DNA of 64,000 nucleotides from Coleofasciculus chthonoplastes F2-STO-03 (lineage in GTDB: Bacteria > Cyanobacteriota > Cyanobacteriia > Cyanobacteriales > Coleofasciculaceae), in NCBI GenBank assembly GCA_040222015.1, contig JAVJWO010000069.1:72746-136745 (forward strand). Reading direction: 5' to 3'. Shown one piece after another: positions 53,202 to 63,991 of this stretch (position 1 is its first letter; every line of letters starts with the position of its first letter). The notes under the pieces were generated by a model, which had not been told where the DNA came from, searched no databases, and worked only from the letters and a program-made list of their open reading frames with translations. A program made the position numbers and the translations under genes.

Positions 53202-54197
53202 TTAATTGCCCCCGTTTAAAAATGCTTGATAATCGCCTCCCAACGCTTCGACAATAGTACGGGTATTAGTAATCAGCATTTTCACATAAGTATCCGCTTC
53301 AGTTCCAGGTGCGCCTAGGGAATCGGAATAGAGTTCGGATGGGGCTAATTTAACCCCCGCTTCTTCCGCAACCGTTTCAATTAAAGCGGGGTTAATTGTG
53401 GTTTCGGCAAAAATAGCGGGAACTCCGGCTTCTTCCACGGCATCGGATAGGGTTTTCACAGTTTGGGCGCTGGGTTGTTCTTCGGTGCTAATTCCTATCA
53501 GCGTGCCAATCACTTCTAATCCATAAGCTTGAGCATAATATTGAAAGGCGTCATGGGTGGTGACAAGTTTACGCTGATTCTCAGGGATGGTTTGAATTTG
53601 CTGGGTAATCCAGGTATCAACTTTTTCTAATTCAGCCGTGAGTTGGGCGGCGTTGGCGGTAAATTCGTCTTCGTCTTCCGGTGACAGTTCAATTAAGCGA
53701 TCGCGTATGGCATTGACCATTTTAATCCCACGCTCTGCATCTCCCCAAACATGAGGATCAGGTTCCGTTTCTCCCTGATATTCAAAGTCTAAGGGGGTGA
53801 CAACTTCGCCAACGGCAAAGGTTTTGGCTTTTATCCCGGCTGATTGCATGAGTTTAATCAGTGCGGGTTCTAAGTTATACCCGTTGTAGAGAATCAAATC
53901 GGCTTGTTCTAAGGCAATGGTATCGGCGGGTACGGGTTCGTAAACGTGCGGATCAGCACCAGGTTCCAGGATTCCGGTTAATTCGATCTCATCTCCCCCA
54001 ACTTGTTCTGTCCAGTCGGCAATAATGGTATTTGTAGCCACAACGTTAGGTTTGTCCTCTGCATCGGTTCCTGAGAGATTCGGATTAGTCGCCTCGCAGC
54101 CACTCAGCCAAAGTCCCAGCATCACCCCAGCCAGAATCTTCCATCGGGAAATTTTCGAGAAATTAATTCTACCCTGCGACTGAGTTATTCCGGTCAT
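53202..54197 (-). CDS. mntC: Mn/Zn ABC transporter substrate-binding lipoprotein
   Basis: LSGC lipobox, DPHVYEP, DPHVW, THDAF, YSDSL; no His-rich loop. Confidence 0.8.
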   Translation of the reverse strand: MTGITQSQGRINFSKISRWKILAGVMLGLWLSGCEATNPNLSGTDAEDKPNVVATNTIIADWTEQVGGDEIELTGILEPGADPHVYEPVPADTIALEQADLILYNGYNLEPALIKLMQSAGIKAKTFAVGEVVTPLDFEYQGETEPDPHVWGDAERGIKMVNAIRDRLIELSPEDEDEFTANAAQLTAELEKVDTWITQQIQTIPENQRKLVTTHDAFQYYAQAYGLEVIGTLIGISTEEQPSAQTVKTLSDAVEEAGVPAIFAETTINPALIETVAEEAGVKLAPSELYSDSLGAPGTEADTYVKMLITNTRTIVEALGGDYQAFLNGGN

Positions 54198-54213
54198 CAA
54201 GTTTATATAGTTG

Positions 54214-54266
54214 TTTTCATATTGTTTTCATTTTTGAGGATACAATATTTTCATACTTGTTTCATT
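54214..54266 (-). promoter_or_regulatory. Two ManR-type direct-repeat boxes in the divergent mntC/mntAB promoter
   Basis: Minus strand AATGAAAA-CAA-TATGAAAA (54214-54232) and AATGAAAC-AAG-TATGAAAA (54248-54266). Confidence 0.7.
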
Positions 54267-54290
54267 TTCTGGAGTCTCCCCGGTTTAATC

Positions 54291-55082
54291 ATGTCAACAG
54301 TTATCTTTACGCGAAACGATCGCACTCCCCAAAACCCCACCATTACCCACCAGGAACCCATACGGATTGGACATCTCAGCGTGCAGTATCGCTTTGTGGA
54401 GGCGCTAAAGGATATCACCTGTCAGATTCAACCGGGGCGACTGACGGGAATTATTGGTCCCAATGGCGCGGGAAAAAGTACGCTGATGAAAGCGATGCTA
54501 GGGTTAGTGCAGACAAGCTGTGGTACGGCGATGTATCAGGGGAAACCGTTGATGGATCAGTTAAAAAGGATAGCTTATGTACCTCAGCGATCGCAGATTG
54601 ATTGGACATACCCAGCAACCGTATGGGATGTGGTATTAATGGGGCGGATACGCAAGACAGGATGGTTTCGGCGTTTCTCCACCGTATCCCGACGCATCGC
54701 CGCCCAATCGTTAGCACGGGTGGGGATGAGTGATTTTCGCGATCGCCCCATCGGGCAATTATCCGGGGGACAACAGCAGCGTGTTTTTCTCGCCAAAGCA
54801 TTAGCCGAAGAAGCGGATATTTTCTGTTTTGATGAACCCATGGCGGGAATTGACAAAAAAACCGAAGCCATTATTTTTGAGATTCTCCACGAATTAGCCG
54901 ATTCTGGGAAAACCGTGTTAGTGGTTCACCATGATTTAGGGGAAGCTATTACCAATTTTGATGATTTAATTTTATTGAATCGGGAATTAATCGCCTCAGG
55001 TTCCCGCCCACAAGTCATGCAGGCAAATAACATACAACGGGCGTATGGAGGTCAAGTCGTCTTTTTCTCAGACGCCGCTTAA
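54291..55082 (+). CDS. mntA: Metal ABC transporter ATP-binding protein
   Basis: GPNGAGKST, AYVPQ, LSGGQQQR, DEP, VHHD. Confidence 0.85.
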   Translation: MSTVIFTRNDRTPQNPTITHQEPIRIGHLSVQYRFVEALKDITCQIQPGRLTGIIGPNGAGKSTLMKAMLGLVQTSCGTAMYQGKPLMDQLKRIAYVPQRSQIDWTYPATVWDVVLMGRIRKTGWFRRFSTVSRRIAAQSLARVGMSDFRDRPIGQLSGGQQQRVFLAKALAEEADIFCFDEPMAGIDKKTEAIIFEILHELADSGKTVLVVHHDLGEAITNFDDLILLNRELIASGSRPQVMQANNIQRAYGGQVVFFSDAA

Positions 55083-55204
55083 AGTTTTGACCCTTCGCTT
55101 CACTCAAATGTCCGAGTTTGTAGGGGCGGGTTTAGGGACTAATATTGATTGTTTGTGTTAACGTTTCTACAAAACCCGCCCTGGCTAACGTTTGAGGTAT
55201 TTAA

Positions 55205-55292
55205 CAAATGACGAATAACAAATGACAAATGACAAATGACAAATGACAAATGACAAATGACAAATGACAAATGACAAATGACAAATGACGAA
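55205..55292. repeat. STRR tract between a REP and the mntB start
   Basis: (caaatga)n. Confidence 0.95.
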
Positions 55293-55294
55293 TT

Positions 55295-56182
55295 ATGCTT
55301 GACCTTTTAATTGAACCCTTACAATACAGCTTTATGCAGCGATCGCTCATGACAGCCGTCTTAGTGGGAATCGTCTGCGCTTCAGTGGGAAGCTACCTGA
55401 TGGTACAACGCCTCGCCTTACTCGGTGATGCGATTAGTCATTCCGTATTACCCGGATTAGCGATCGCTTATATCGTGGGTGTAGATATCTTTCTGGGGGC
55501 GTTTTTGGCGGGTATTGTCAGTACCATTGTAATTACCTGGATCAGAACGCGATCGCAGATTAAAGAAGATGCCGCGATGGGGATTGTCTTTTCTGCCTTC
55601 TTTGCCCTTGGTATTACCTTAATTACAGTTATTCAAAAAGACAATAAGATTGACCTAAATCACTTTTTATTTGGCAATATCCTCAGTGTGACGGGCGAGG
55701 AAGTAATGAATACAGCCATTATTACCGCTATTGTCCTCGCCATTGTTTTATTGCTGTATAAAGAATTAATGTATTATACCTTTGACCCCATTGGCGCAAA
55801 AGCAGCCGGATTACCAACAAACTTACTCAACTTTGGCTTAATGATTTTAATCGCCCTAACCATCGTCGCCAGTCTCAAAGCGGTTGGGGTTATTTTAGTC
55901 TTAGCCATGCTGATTACGCCAGGAGCGACGGCGTATTTATTAGTGACAAGGTTACATCAGATGATGCTTTTAGGGTCAGGAATTGGCGTCGTTGCCAGTA
56001 TTAGTGGGATGTATTTGAGCTATTTTTTCAACTTACCATCGGGTCCGGCTATTGTGTTAGTCACCTTTGGATTTTTCATCCTGGCATTTTTGTTTAGTCC
56101 CAGTCAGGGCGTTTTCACTCATCCCAGAGTTCAGTCTAATCAGTCACAGATTTGGCGAGAAATTAAGGGATTATTGCGATGA
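55295..56182 (+). CDS. mntB: Metal ABC transporter permease
   Basis: GDAISHSVLPG, EDAAMG, HFLFG, FDP. Confidence 0.85.
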   Translation: MLDLLIEPLQYSFMQRSLMTAVLVGIVCASVGSYLMVQRLALLGDAISHSVLPGLAIAYIVGVDIFLGAFLAGIVSTIVITWIRTRSQIKEDAAMGIVFSAFFALGITLITVIQKDNKIDLNHFLFGNILSVTGEEVMNTAIITAIVLAIVLLLYKELMYYTFDPIGAKAAGLPTNLLNFGLMILIALTIVASLKAVGVILVLAMLITPGATAYLLVTRLHQMMLLGSGIGVVASISGMYLSYFFNLPSGPAIVLVTFGFFILAFLFSPSQGVFTHPRVQSNQSQIWREIKGLLR

Positions 56183-56488
56183 AATGATAGTTTACCGTAA
56201 GAGCTTTAGCCAATCGTGACGTAGCACACCTAATTAGCTGGATTAATCTTACATCAACCGTAGGGGCGCACTGACGTGCGCCCGATTTAACGATTCTGAA
56301 CATCGACTATGAATTAGTATCACCATGGAGGTGTACTTTATTGACCTGCAATCTGCTGTATCAAAATCAGTAACTAAATGCCTTGCAATGATGCCTAATC
56401 GCTAGTAAAATGTTTTATTGTGGGGTATTTTATAATGTTGGGTAATAGTTTGTCGTAATTAATCCGAGAATAAAGAGGAACGGGTGTT

Positions 56489-56711
56489 TTAAAGATTAGC
56501 AATGTGTTGGGCGAACCAAACAGCCGCTGCGCCGTTGGTTTCCTGTTCAAGACGGGCGAAGGTTTGTTCAACTAACGCGATCGCTAACCCATCCAATGCT
56601 CTAGAAACTTCACTCTGTTGATATCGACCCGTAATCATCCCATGTTGCTGATTGCCATTGCGGAATTTGATCGGGCGATGTTCGTACCCGAATCTGAGTC
56701 AGAGTTGCCAT
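56489..56711 (-). pseudogene. Uma2-family gene with the whole core deleted
   Basis: MATLTQ...PQWQSATWDDY joined out of frame to GRYQQSEVSRALDGLAIALVEQT...WFAQHIANL*. Confidence 0.65.
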
Positions 56712-56902
56712 ATCACCCCAATGATGACTGTTCCAAGTCTACTGTTGCAATTTTATAGTATGAGTAGCGAGCAAGATGCTCGCACTACCAAGATTCCGCA
56801 ATTGTTGATCTTCAGGTTTATCTGCCGAACCGCGTAAGATAGGGATAACACGTTTGTAGTCGGGGAACTTTAGCCCTTAGATTTCCCATTCAGGAGAATG
56901 AA

Positions 56903-57223
56903 ATGACCTTTGCCGAATCCCGCCGTGACACCGTTCCCGTTGAGCTTCCCAATGGGGCGATCGCGAAATTTGAGGTGACAACGACGGGGCGAGAGGATGT
57001 CAGCTTTGACACCAAGCAGTTTCAGCCTGTCGCTGATGCGATCGAGGGGGTAGTACAGATGGTCGCCGCACCCCTGAAAAAAGCTAGACCGAAGAAGGCG
57101 ACAGTAAAATTTGGTATGGAAATGGCGATCGAGGCGGGACAATTGACAGCCGTGATTGTCAAAGGATCGGGTAAAGCGAATCTGGAAATCACGTTGGAAT
57201 GGGAAGCTCAACCTAAACCGTAA
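56903..57223 (+). CDS. Trypsin-co-occurring domain protein (Trypco1 / CU044_2847-like)
   Basis: G.EDVS, P.KATVKFG, G.L.A.IVKG..KANLEITLEW; 3 nt upstream of a trypsin gene. Confidence 0.85.
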   Translation: MTFAESRRDTVPVELPNGAIAKFEVTTTGREDVSFDTKQFQPVADAIEGVVQMVAAPLKKARPKKATVKFGMEMAIEAGQLTAVIVKGSGKANLEITLEWEAQPKP

Positions 57224-57226
57224 ACC

Positions 57227-59140
57227 ATGAGTCACGTCGAGAATCTGTTGCAACAATGCACGGTGAAGCTTTCCCTTCCCGGAGGTTGGGGGACAGGCTT
57301 TTTTGTGGCTCCAGAATGGATTCTCACTTGCGCTCATGTGGTCAAAGGGGCGAAGGGTGAACCGATTCAGGTACGCTGGCAGATGCAGCAGAATTGGTCA
57401 CAGGCGGTAGTAGAGGACTTACTTCCTGATCCTTATGATTTAGCGCTGTTGCGGGTGACGCTTCTGACTGATGCCAATCCGCCTTGTGTGTATTTGGATG
57501 GGGCGATTCAATCCCGTGATCCGCTCTATCTATTTGGTTATCCTGATCGAGAGTTTGACAATGGTTGTCCGGTAACGTTTAACTGTGAAGGTGTAACCGG
57601 GGATGAGCCAGGATTAATTAAGTTTAAATTGGGACAGGTGCGTCCAGGGATGAGTGGCGCACCGTTGCTGAATCAGCGAACAGGTAAGGTTTGTGGCATT
57701 GTTAAGTTTACCCGCGATCGCACTTTGGATTTAGGGGGTGGCGCTGTACCAACGACGGCGATTCTGGAACAGTTGCCCCAATTGCGAGGGTTTCAGAGGG
57801 AGTTTCATCAAGCGGATCGGCGCTGGCGGGATTTAGTTCTCAAGCCGTCTGAAATCGATTTTCAGCCCTATTTGACGGCAATTACTACTAAATATGAGAA
57901 GTGGTGGCAGCTTTACACATTAACTGATGCCGAAAGCAAAAAACGGCAATCTCAGGATGTGACACCGATTTTTGACTTTGGGTTGATCGTGCAGAGGGTG
58001 AAAAAGGAGGAAAGAGAACAGCCACAGGAAGAGAAGGTGGAGCGATTTTCCGTGCTGGAAGGGCTGCGTAAGTATGCCCAGGAGCAGGTTTTGTTAGTTG
58101 GGCGCCCCGGATCAGGAAAGTCTACGGCGTTGGCACGGTTGCTCTTAGAAGAGGCGACGACTGCCCTCACCCCCAGCCCCTCTGCCAACCCCCCTCATTC
58201 CCCAGGGCTGATTCATTTTCCCGAAGCCCGTCAGGGACTTAAGTCCCTGCCTAATAGCCCAAGTCGTCTAAAGACGACTCAACCACCAATTATTAGTCCT
58301 CTACCCTTCGGGAACGCTAAAAGCGAACAGAGGACTTTAGCTATGAGCCAGGGGTTTGAACCCCTGGCGGATGAGCTTTTGTTGCACGGGAGAGGGGAGT
58401 CAACCCGGATTCCGGTGTTGGTGGAACTGCGTTACTGGCAAGGTTCAATCACCCAATTAATTCTCAATACCTTTACTCGCCATGAACTCCCCTTAACGCA
58501 GGCACAACTGGAAACCCTGTTGTCACGCTGCCTCATCCTCTTTGATGGGGTGAATGAGTTACCGTCAGAAGAAGCGCGATCGCAGCTTTCTGATTTTCGC
58601 CGCAATCATCCCAAAGTGCCGATGATCTTCACCACACGGGATTTGAGCCTGGGGGGAGATTTAGGGATTGAGCAGAAATTGGAAATGCAGCCGCTCACCG
58701 AAGCGCAAATGCAGGCGTTTATCCGTGCATACTTGCCCGAACAAGCCGAGGAAATGCTGCGCCAACTGGGTGAGCGCTTGCGAGAGTTTGGGCAAACCCC
58801 TTTACTGCTGTGGATGTTGTGTGACTTGTTTGGGGAGACTCAGACAATTCCAGAGAATTTGGGGTTGGTGTTTCGGTTATTTACTCAGGGGTATGAGCGC
58901 AACCTGAAACAGGATGTGGTGATTGAGAGCGATCGCGACTGGTGGAAATCGGTGCTGCAACAGTTGGCGTGGGTGATGATGCAGGGAGAGACGCCGACGG
59001 AACTACGGGTAGGGATTGCACGGGAAGAAGCAGTACAGGCGATCGCGCAATTTCTCAATGGCAAAGTGGCGTATGGCGAGGATTTTGCCCGTAAGTGTCT
59101 GCGGGATTTGCAGAAGTATAGCAACCGCCATGGCTGTTAG
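57227..59140 (+). pseudogene. Trypsin-like peptidase-NACHT NTPase, C-terminally truncated at a MITE
   Basis: LTCAHVV, DLALL, GMSGAP; GRPGSGKST, LFDGVNE, FTTR, TPLLL; the frame runs into MITE-B at 59117. Confidence 0.75.
58163..58399. mobile_element. In-frame nested repeat insertion in the NACHT domain
   Basis: ccctcacccccagcccctct...gggagagggg arms (also seen at 41320 and 59362) enclosing a multi-hairpin element that itself carries ctacccttcggg... Confidence 0.7.
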
Positions 59141-59222
59141 GACACATCATTTATGTAGAGACGCGCCATGGCGCGTCTCTACAATGGTGCCGAACGTCCT
59201 AATCGATGTGTCTATTGCTATA
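59117..59222. mobile_element. MITE-B (TATAGCAA-N12-TTAGGAC ends) with central REP hairpin
   Basis: tatagcaa...ttaggac / gtcctaa...ttgctata; TA flanks. Confidence 0.75.
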
Positions 59223-59651
59223 AAAGACTCAAATGACTGAGTTTTGAGGAGCAACGGTGAGGATTCTTCTGGCATAGTCGTGCCTTCACGCTTGCGGATG
59301 CTTCGCTTTTTTTGCACGGGAGAAGGAAAACCGGATTCTCTTGCTCCCCTCTTGCTCCCCTCTCCCCGGCGTGGGAGAGGGGCTGGGGGTGAGGGGTTCA
59401 GCTTAAGTTGACACGGGTGGATATTATCGTGCCCTTACTTACTCATCAAGGAATTGAGCGATTTGAATTTTTCTTTTATGTCCTAATTCGAGTGCCTAGT
59501 CCACCTAATTAAATAGGGCATGGCATTGCCTTTATCAAAATAATGGTGCGTTACGGCGATATTCCTATTAACAGGATGAGCAATATGATTGATTACGCCT
59601 AACGCACCCTACGGTTCTACGGTTCTTACAAATGACAAATGACAAATGACT

Positions 59652-60089
59652 TTATGTAACTGGATTAAATAATTCATATAAATCTAACATAAAAATTGTA
59701 GTTTTTACCTCATTCTCCTGGAGAATCGCCGCATGACTCACCATCGGTAAGCGACGGTTATATTTAGGTAACTTACGAATGAGGTCAGGATCTAATTCAA
59801 TCAAGTTGGGGGGGTCATCAACAACAATGCCAAAGAGATCGCCTTCTACGGGGTTAGTAATGACTAAAAATGATTGCAAGTTGGTTGAATCGGCGTCATG
59901 GTCAGGATTTAACTGTTCATGTAAATCGACAATCCGAATCGTATAATCTCCAATTTGCAGTAATCCCATGGCATTCCAACCACTCTCATTGGATGGTGTG
60001 TTTAGCACTTTTAACACATTCTCCATGGGCAGTGACATCAGACAGTCGCTAACTTTAAAGACAATATATTTTTGGGTGTCAGGGTTCAT
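59652..60089 (-). CDS. cheW: CheW-like adaptor
   Basis: YIVFKV...SLP...V.KV, GL, IVDL, GIVVD; directly downstream of cheA. Confidence 0.8.
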   Translation of the reverse strand: MNPDTQKYIVFKVSDCLMSLPMENVLKVLNTPSNESGWNAMGLLQIGDYTIRIVDLHEQLNPDHDADSTNLQSFLVITNPVEGDLFGIVVDDPPNLIELDPDLIRKLPKYNRRLPMVSHAAILQENEVKTTIFMLDLYELFNPVT

Positions 60090-60173
60090 AGTTCATGATT
60101 GAATAAAGGACAGCAGCGAATAAAGAATGACGAATGACAAATGACAAATGACGAATAACTCTTTAATGTCCAC

Positions 60174-63100
60174 CTACTTAAACTTGGTAAATTGCTGCAC
60201 AGTCTCTAACAACTGAGGCTCTATAAATGGCTTGGTGATATAATCATTCGCCCCTAACTCAGTCGCAATTAAACGATGTTTTTCACTACTGCGAGAGGTC
60301 AAAATGACAACGGGAATATTCGCCAATATTGGCTCCTGTTGGCGGTATTTGAGAAACTCAAACCCATTCATGCGGGGCATTTCAATGTCACAAATAACCA
60401 ACTGAATTTCCCCATGATGTTGCAGTTGTTCAATGGCTTCATACCCATCCTTTGCCTGGAGAATCTGATAACCCGCCTTTTGTAACGTAAACGTTAAACT
60501 TTGACGCACAGTAATCGAATCATCCACAACCAGTAGAAGTTGGGGCGATCGCGTGGGAGTCGGCGGAGACGGTTCCGGTGCTGCAGGTAACGCCGCTCGG
60601 CGGGGGGCGGATAATTGCAGTTGGGGGGGATCAGCAACGGCGGTGAAACCGGTTAAGGAAACCATCGAAGATTGAAACTCAGCCGTAAACTCGGATGGGG
60701 ATGTGCCAACCTGCTGATTGGCAATGGACTGCATTAATGTGATACCATCCAGCACCAAGGCTAACCCCCCATCGGCGAGAATGCAGCCGCCATACACGTA
60801 ATCTGGAGGGGCAATCATTGATCCCAGGGGACGAATCACTAATTCCTGTTCCCCGACAAGCTGGTTCACTTCCAACCCTAATCGCCGATCCTGACACCGA
60901 ATCAAAATCACCGACTGTTTCGGCGTTTGTTCAACAAAGGGGCGTTTGGCTGAGAAGACTAAGGTTTTCCGTTGAGGAATGTGGTACGCTAACGCATCTG
61001 CTAAGGAAAAAATCGGGATCAGTTCTTCGTCTTCTCCGTTACCCCAGCGCAGCACTTTCCCCTCATCCCAACTCCGCAGTCGTTCCGGTGGCGGAATAAT
61101 GATTTGTTCGATCGCATCTGAGAGTAAAGCATAAGTTTGACCTCCCGCCTCGATTAAGAGAAGCTTGGCGATGGTCAGATTTAGGGGAATTTGCAGCCGA
61201 AACGTGGTTCCATAATAGGGTTGAGAATAAACCGTCACGGAACCTTGCAGGGATTCAATCTGAGAACGCACCACATCCATGCCAATTCCTCGCCCCGATA
61301 AATCACTTAACCCAGAAGCCGTGGAAAACCCTGGTTCAAAGAGAAACTCAGACAGTTGGGCGGGGGTCAATTGTCTGGCTTTGTCAGCGTTGATTAAACG
61401 CTGTTCCACCGCCCGTTGGCGAATCTTTTCAAAATTTAGCCCTTGCCCATCATCCCGAACTTCTATCACCAAATATCGATTCTGGTGATAAGCATCAATG
61501 GCAATAGTCCCCTGACTCGGTTTCCCGGAGTCTTGGCGAACCTCCGGTGACTCAATCCCATGATCAAAAGCATTTCGGATTAGGTGCAGTAAGGGATCAT
61601 AGAGTTTCTGTACCACCACTTTATCGACTAATACCTCTGTCCCATCCATGTAGAGTTCAACCGATTTATGATGCCTCACTTCTAACTGTTGCAGCACTCG
61701 CGGCAACCGTCTAAACAAGGTTCCTAAAGGTAACAGCCGCGCCTCCATCAACGTGTCACGGATACTGGTTAGTAGTCGCCGTTGTTTATCAAAGGTTTGA
61801 TTGAATTCATTGGCAAAGAGTTCAATCGACTCCGTTGCTTCCGTCAGTTGGGCTGTATCCTCCATCAACGACTGGATTAAAAGCTGCGGTTCGGTATAAC
61901 TATCCAGTTCTAACGAGTCAAATTGATTAGGCATTTGCACTAGAGGATTTTGCCACGCCCATGACGGCTTTTCTGGCATTCCTTCTCGATGTTGTCTTCC
62001 CCGGAGACTCATCCGTTTTTGTTGCGATCGATGCACTTGACGGTCATGCCAATCTTGCAATTCATCCAAGAGTTGCTGATGTTGTTGCAGCCGAATTAAC
62101 ACCAAACGAACCGCCGTTTGCAATTGCTCATCCTGGAGGGATTGGCGATTTTGGTAGGTTAAAAGTTCACCCACCGCGTAATTCAAATGTTCTAAATGAT
62201 CAATATTAACTCGTACCGTTTGCCGCTGAGTCTCTGGCACAGAGTCTCGTTGTGTTCTCCCAGAGGGTACACCATAATCGGTTAAGGGTTCCTCCGCCTC
62301 CTCTGAAGCCTTGGGTTGAACGTCAGGGATTGATTCCTGAACATTTTCGGCGGCAGTATCGAAGACAGGAAAGACTTCCTCAGATTCAGATTCAGATTCT
62401 ACCTCAACATCAGCATCAGTCGCCGATTCTGACAGGGAAACATTTCCCCACACACTATCTAATAAATTCACCGCATCGGGTTCCTCCCCGCCTTCCATAT
62501 CGGGTTCCGATGGACTCTCATCTTCATACTCATTAACATCGATATCCAGTAAAGGCGTTAGATCCGGCGCATCCAGTGAAAACTCTGGCGAATCGTTAAT
62601 CGGAAGTTCTGAGAAATCCCCCTCAAACTCAGGTGAATCAGTCACCTCTGTATCCGAGGCGATCGCAAAATCTCCACTCCCCTCTAACTGACTCAGATCC
62701 GCTTCCCAGACATTCTCTGGCGTAGTTGCTGGCGCAGTCTCCTCCAGATCCCCAGCCACCACACCCGCCAACTCTTGCAGCGATTGAGACGGTTGACCCC
62801 CTTGAGTGCGATCGCCATCCAGCACCGCCTGTTGTCCCGCCTGGAAGTCCGCTAGGGCGATCTGAGTAATCATTTCCGCCTGATCTGGATAATTATTCAA
62901 CGCCGCGATCGCACTACTCGCAATTGCTGCAAATCCCGGTAAATTCATCGATTCTGCCACACCCAGCAACACTTGTGCCTGCGATCGCAAGGTGTCCGCC
63001 ATCACCGAGGGATCATTACTCGCCAAAGCCTCAGTAATTTGCTCTAACCGCTGACTCACCCCCACTTCAAAAATGGATTGAGTCACATCAAATCCCAACT

Positions 63101-63539
63101 CCAACGAACTCGGAATATTCGCTTGTTGGTCAAAACAATCCCCCAACTTTTCTTGTAACTTAGCAAACACCGCCGCCGTGCGATCCAGAACTTCCGTTTC
63201 ATTAATCTTTCCCCCCATCACTTCCGCCGTCAGGGGTAAGCGCAAACATTCATAGCCCTCAAACAGTAACGCCTCCACCTCGGCATCAATCACTACATCA
63301 GGATTAAACAGAGTTTTAAAAATATCCTCCAACGAGTGAGCCACCGTTTTAATGGTGTCCAACTCCACACTCGCCGCCGCACCTTTTAGCGTGTGAGTTG
63401 TTCGCATTAAATGATGGACTTTATTAACACTGAAATTAGTCCGTAAATCTAGTAATTCTTGTTCTATAATACCCATAAGTTCTGGAGCCTCTTCCAGAAA
63501 ATATTGGTAACTTTGTTCGCGAATATTTGGATCATTCAT
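60174..63539 (-). CDS. cheA: Hybrid CheA-like kinase (Hpt-HATPase-CheW-REC)
   Basis: THTLKG, HLIRNAFDHGIE, DDGQG, SGRGIGMDVV, VDDS, CDIEMPRMNG. Confidence 0.95.
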   Translation of the reverse strand: MNDPNIREQSYQYFLEEAPELMGIIEQELLDLRTNFSVNKVHHLMRTTHTLKGAAASVELDTIKTVAHSLEDIFKTLFNPDVVIDAEVEALLFEGYECLRLPLTAEVMGGKINETEVLDRTAAVFAKLQEKLGDCFDQQANIPSSLELGFDVTQSIFEVGVSQRLEQITEALASNDPSVMADTLRSQAQVLLGVAESMNLPGFAAIASSAIAALNNYPDQAEMITQIALADFQAGQQAVLDGDRTQGGQPSQSLQELAGVVAGDLEETAPATTPENVWEADLSQLEGSGDFAIASDTEVTDSPEFEGDFSELPINDSPEFSLDAPDLTPLLDIDVNEYEDESPSEPDMEGGEEPDAVNLLDSVWGNVSLSESATDADVEVESESESEEVFPVFDTAAENVQESIPDVQPKASEEAEEPLTDYGVPSGRTQRDSVPETQRQTVRVNIDHLEHLNYAVGELLTYQNRQSLQDEQLQTAVRLVLIRLQQHQQLLDELQDWHDRQVHRSQQKRMSLRGRQHREGMPEKPSWAWQNPLVQMPNQFDSLELDSYTEPQLLIQSLMEDTAQLTEATESIELFANEFNQTFDKQRRLLTSIRDTLMEARLLPLGTLFRRLPRVLQQLEVRHHKSVELYMDGTEVLVDKVVVQKLYDPLLHLIRNAFDHGIESPEVRQDSGKPSQGTIAIDAYHQNRYLVIEVRDDGQGLNFEKIRQRAVEQRLINADKARQLTPAQLSEFLFEPGFSTASGLSDLSGRGIGMDVVRSQIESLQGSVTVYSQPYYGTTFRLQIPLNLTIAKLLLIEAGGQTYALLSDAIEQIIIPPPERLRSWDEGKVLRWGNGEDEELIPIFSLADALAYHIPQRKTLVFSAKRPFVEQTPKQSVILIRCQDRRLGLEVNQLVGEQELVIRPLGSMIAPPDYVYGGCILADGGLALVLDGITLMQSIANQQVGTSPSEFTAEFQSSMVSLTGFTAVADPPQLQLSAPRRAALPAAPEPSPPTPTRSPQLLLVVDDSITVRQSLTFTLQKAGYQILQAKDGYEAIEQLQHHGEIQLVICDIEMPRMNGFEFLKYRQQEPILANIPVVILTSRSSEKHRLIATELGANDYITKPFIEPQLLETVQQFTKFK

Positions 63540-63565
63540 GGGAAAACTGTTGGATTGCGAGGGAT

Positions 63566-63797
63566 GTAGGGGCGGGTTTAGGGACTTCCCTTTGGCTATT
63601 GCTGATAACCTTGGGACAAAACCCGCCCTGACTAAGTGTTGAATTTTGAATGTGTAGGGGCGGGTTTAGGGACTTTCTGTTGGCGATTGCTGATAACCTT
63701 GATACAAAACCCGCCCTGACTAAATAGTTGGGTTTAGGGGCGGGTTTATTCACATCTGGGTGAGAGAAAAAACGATAGTTGTGAAACCCGCCCCTAC
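63566..63797. repeat. Three REP-like palindromes (first two form an 88-bp tandem)
   Basis: Starts at 63566, 63654 and about 63736. Confidence 0.85.
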
Positions 63798-63803
63798 AGC
63801 ATC

Positions 63804-63991
63804 AATGACCAATGACCAATGACAAATGACCAATGACCAATGACCAATGACCAATGACCAATGACCAATGACAAATGACCAATGACAAATGACCAATGAC
63901 CAATGACCAATGACCAATGACCAATGACAAATGACCAATGACCAATGACCAATGACCAATGACCAATGACAAATGACAAATGACAAATGAC
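63804..63991. repeat. Long STRR tract (AATGACC/AATGACA)
   Basis: About 27 heptamers ending at a minus-strand TAG (63991-63993). Confidence 0.95.
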
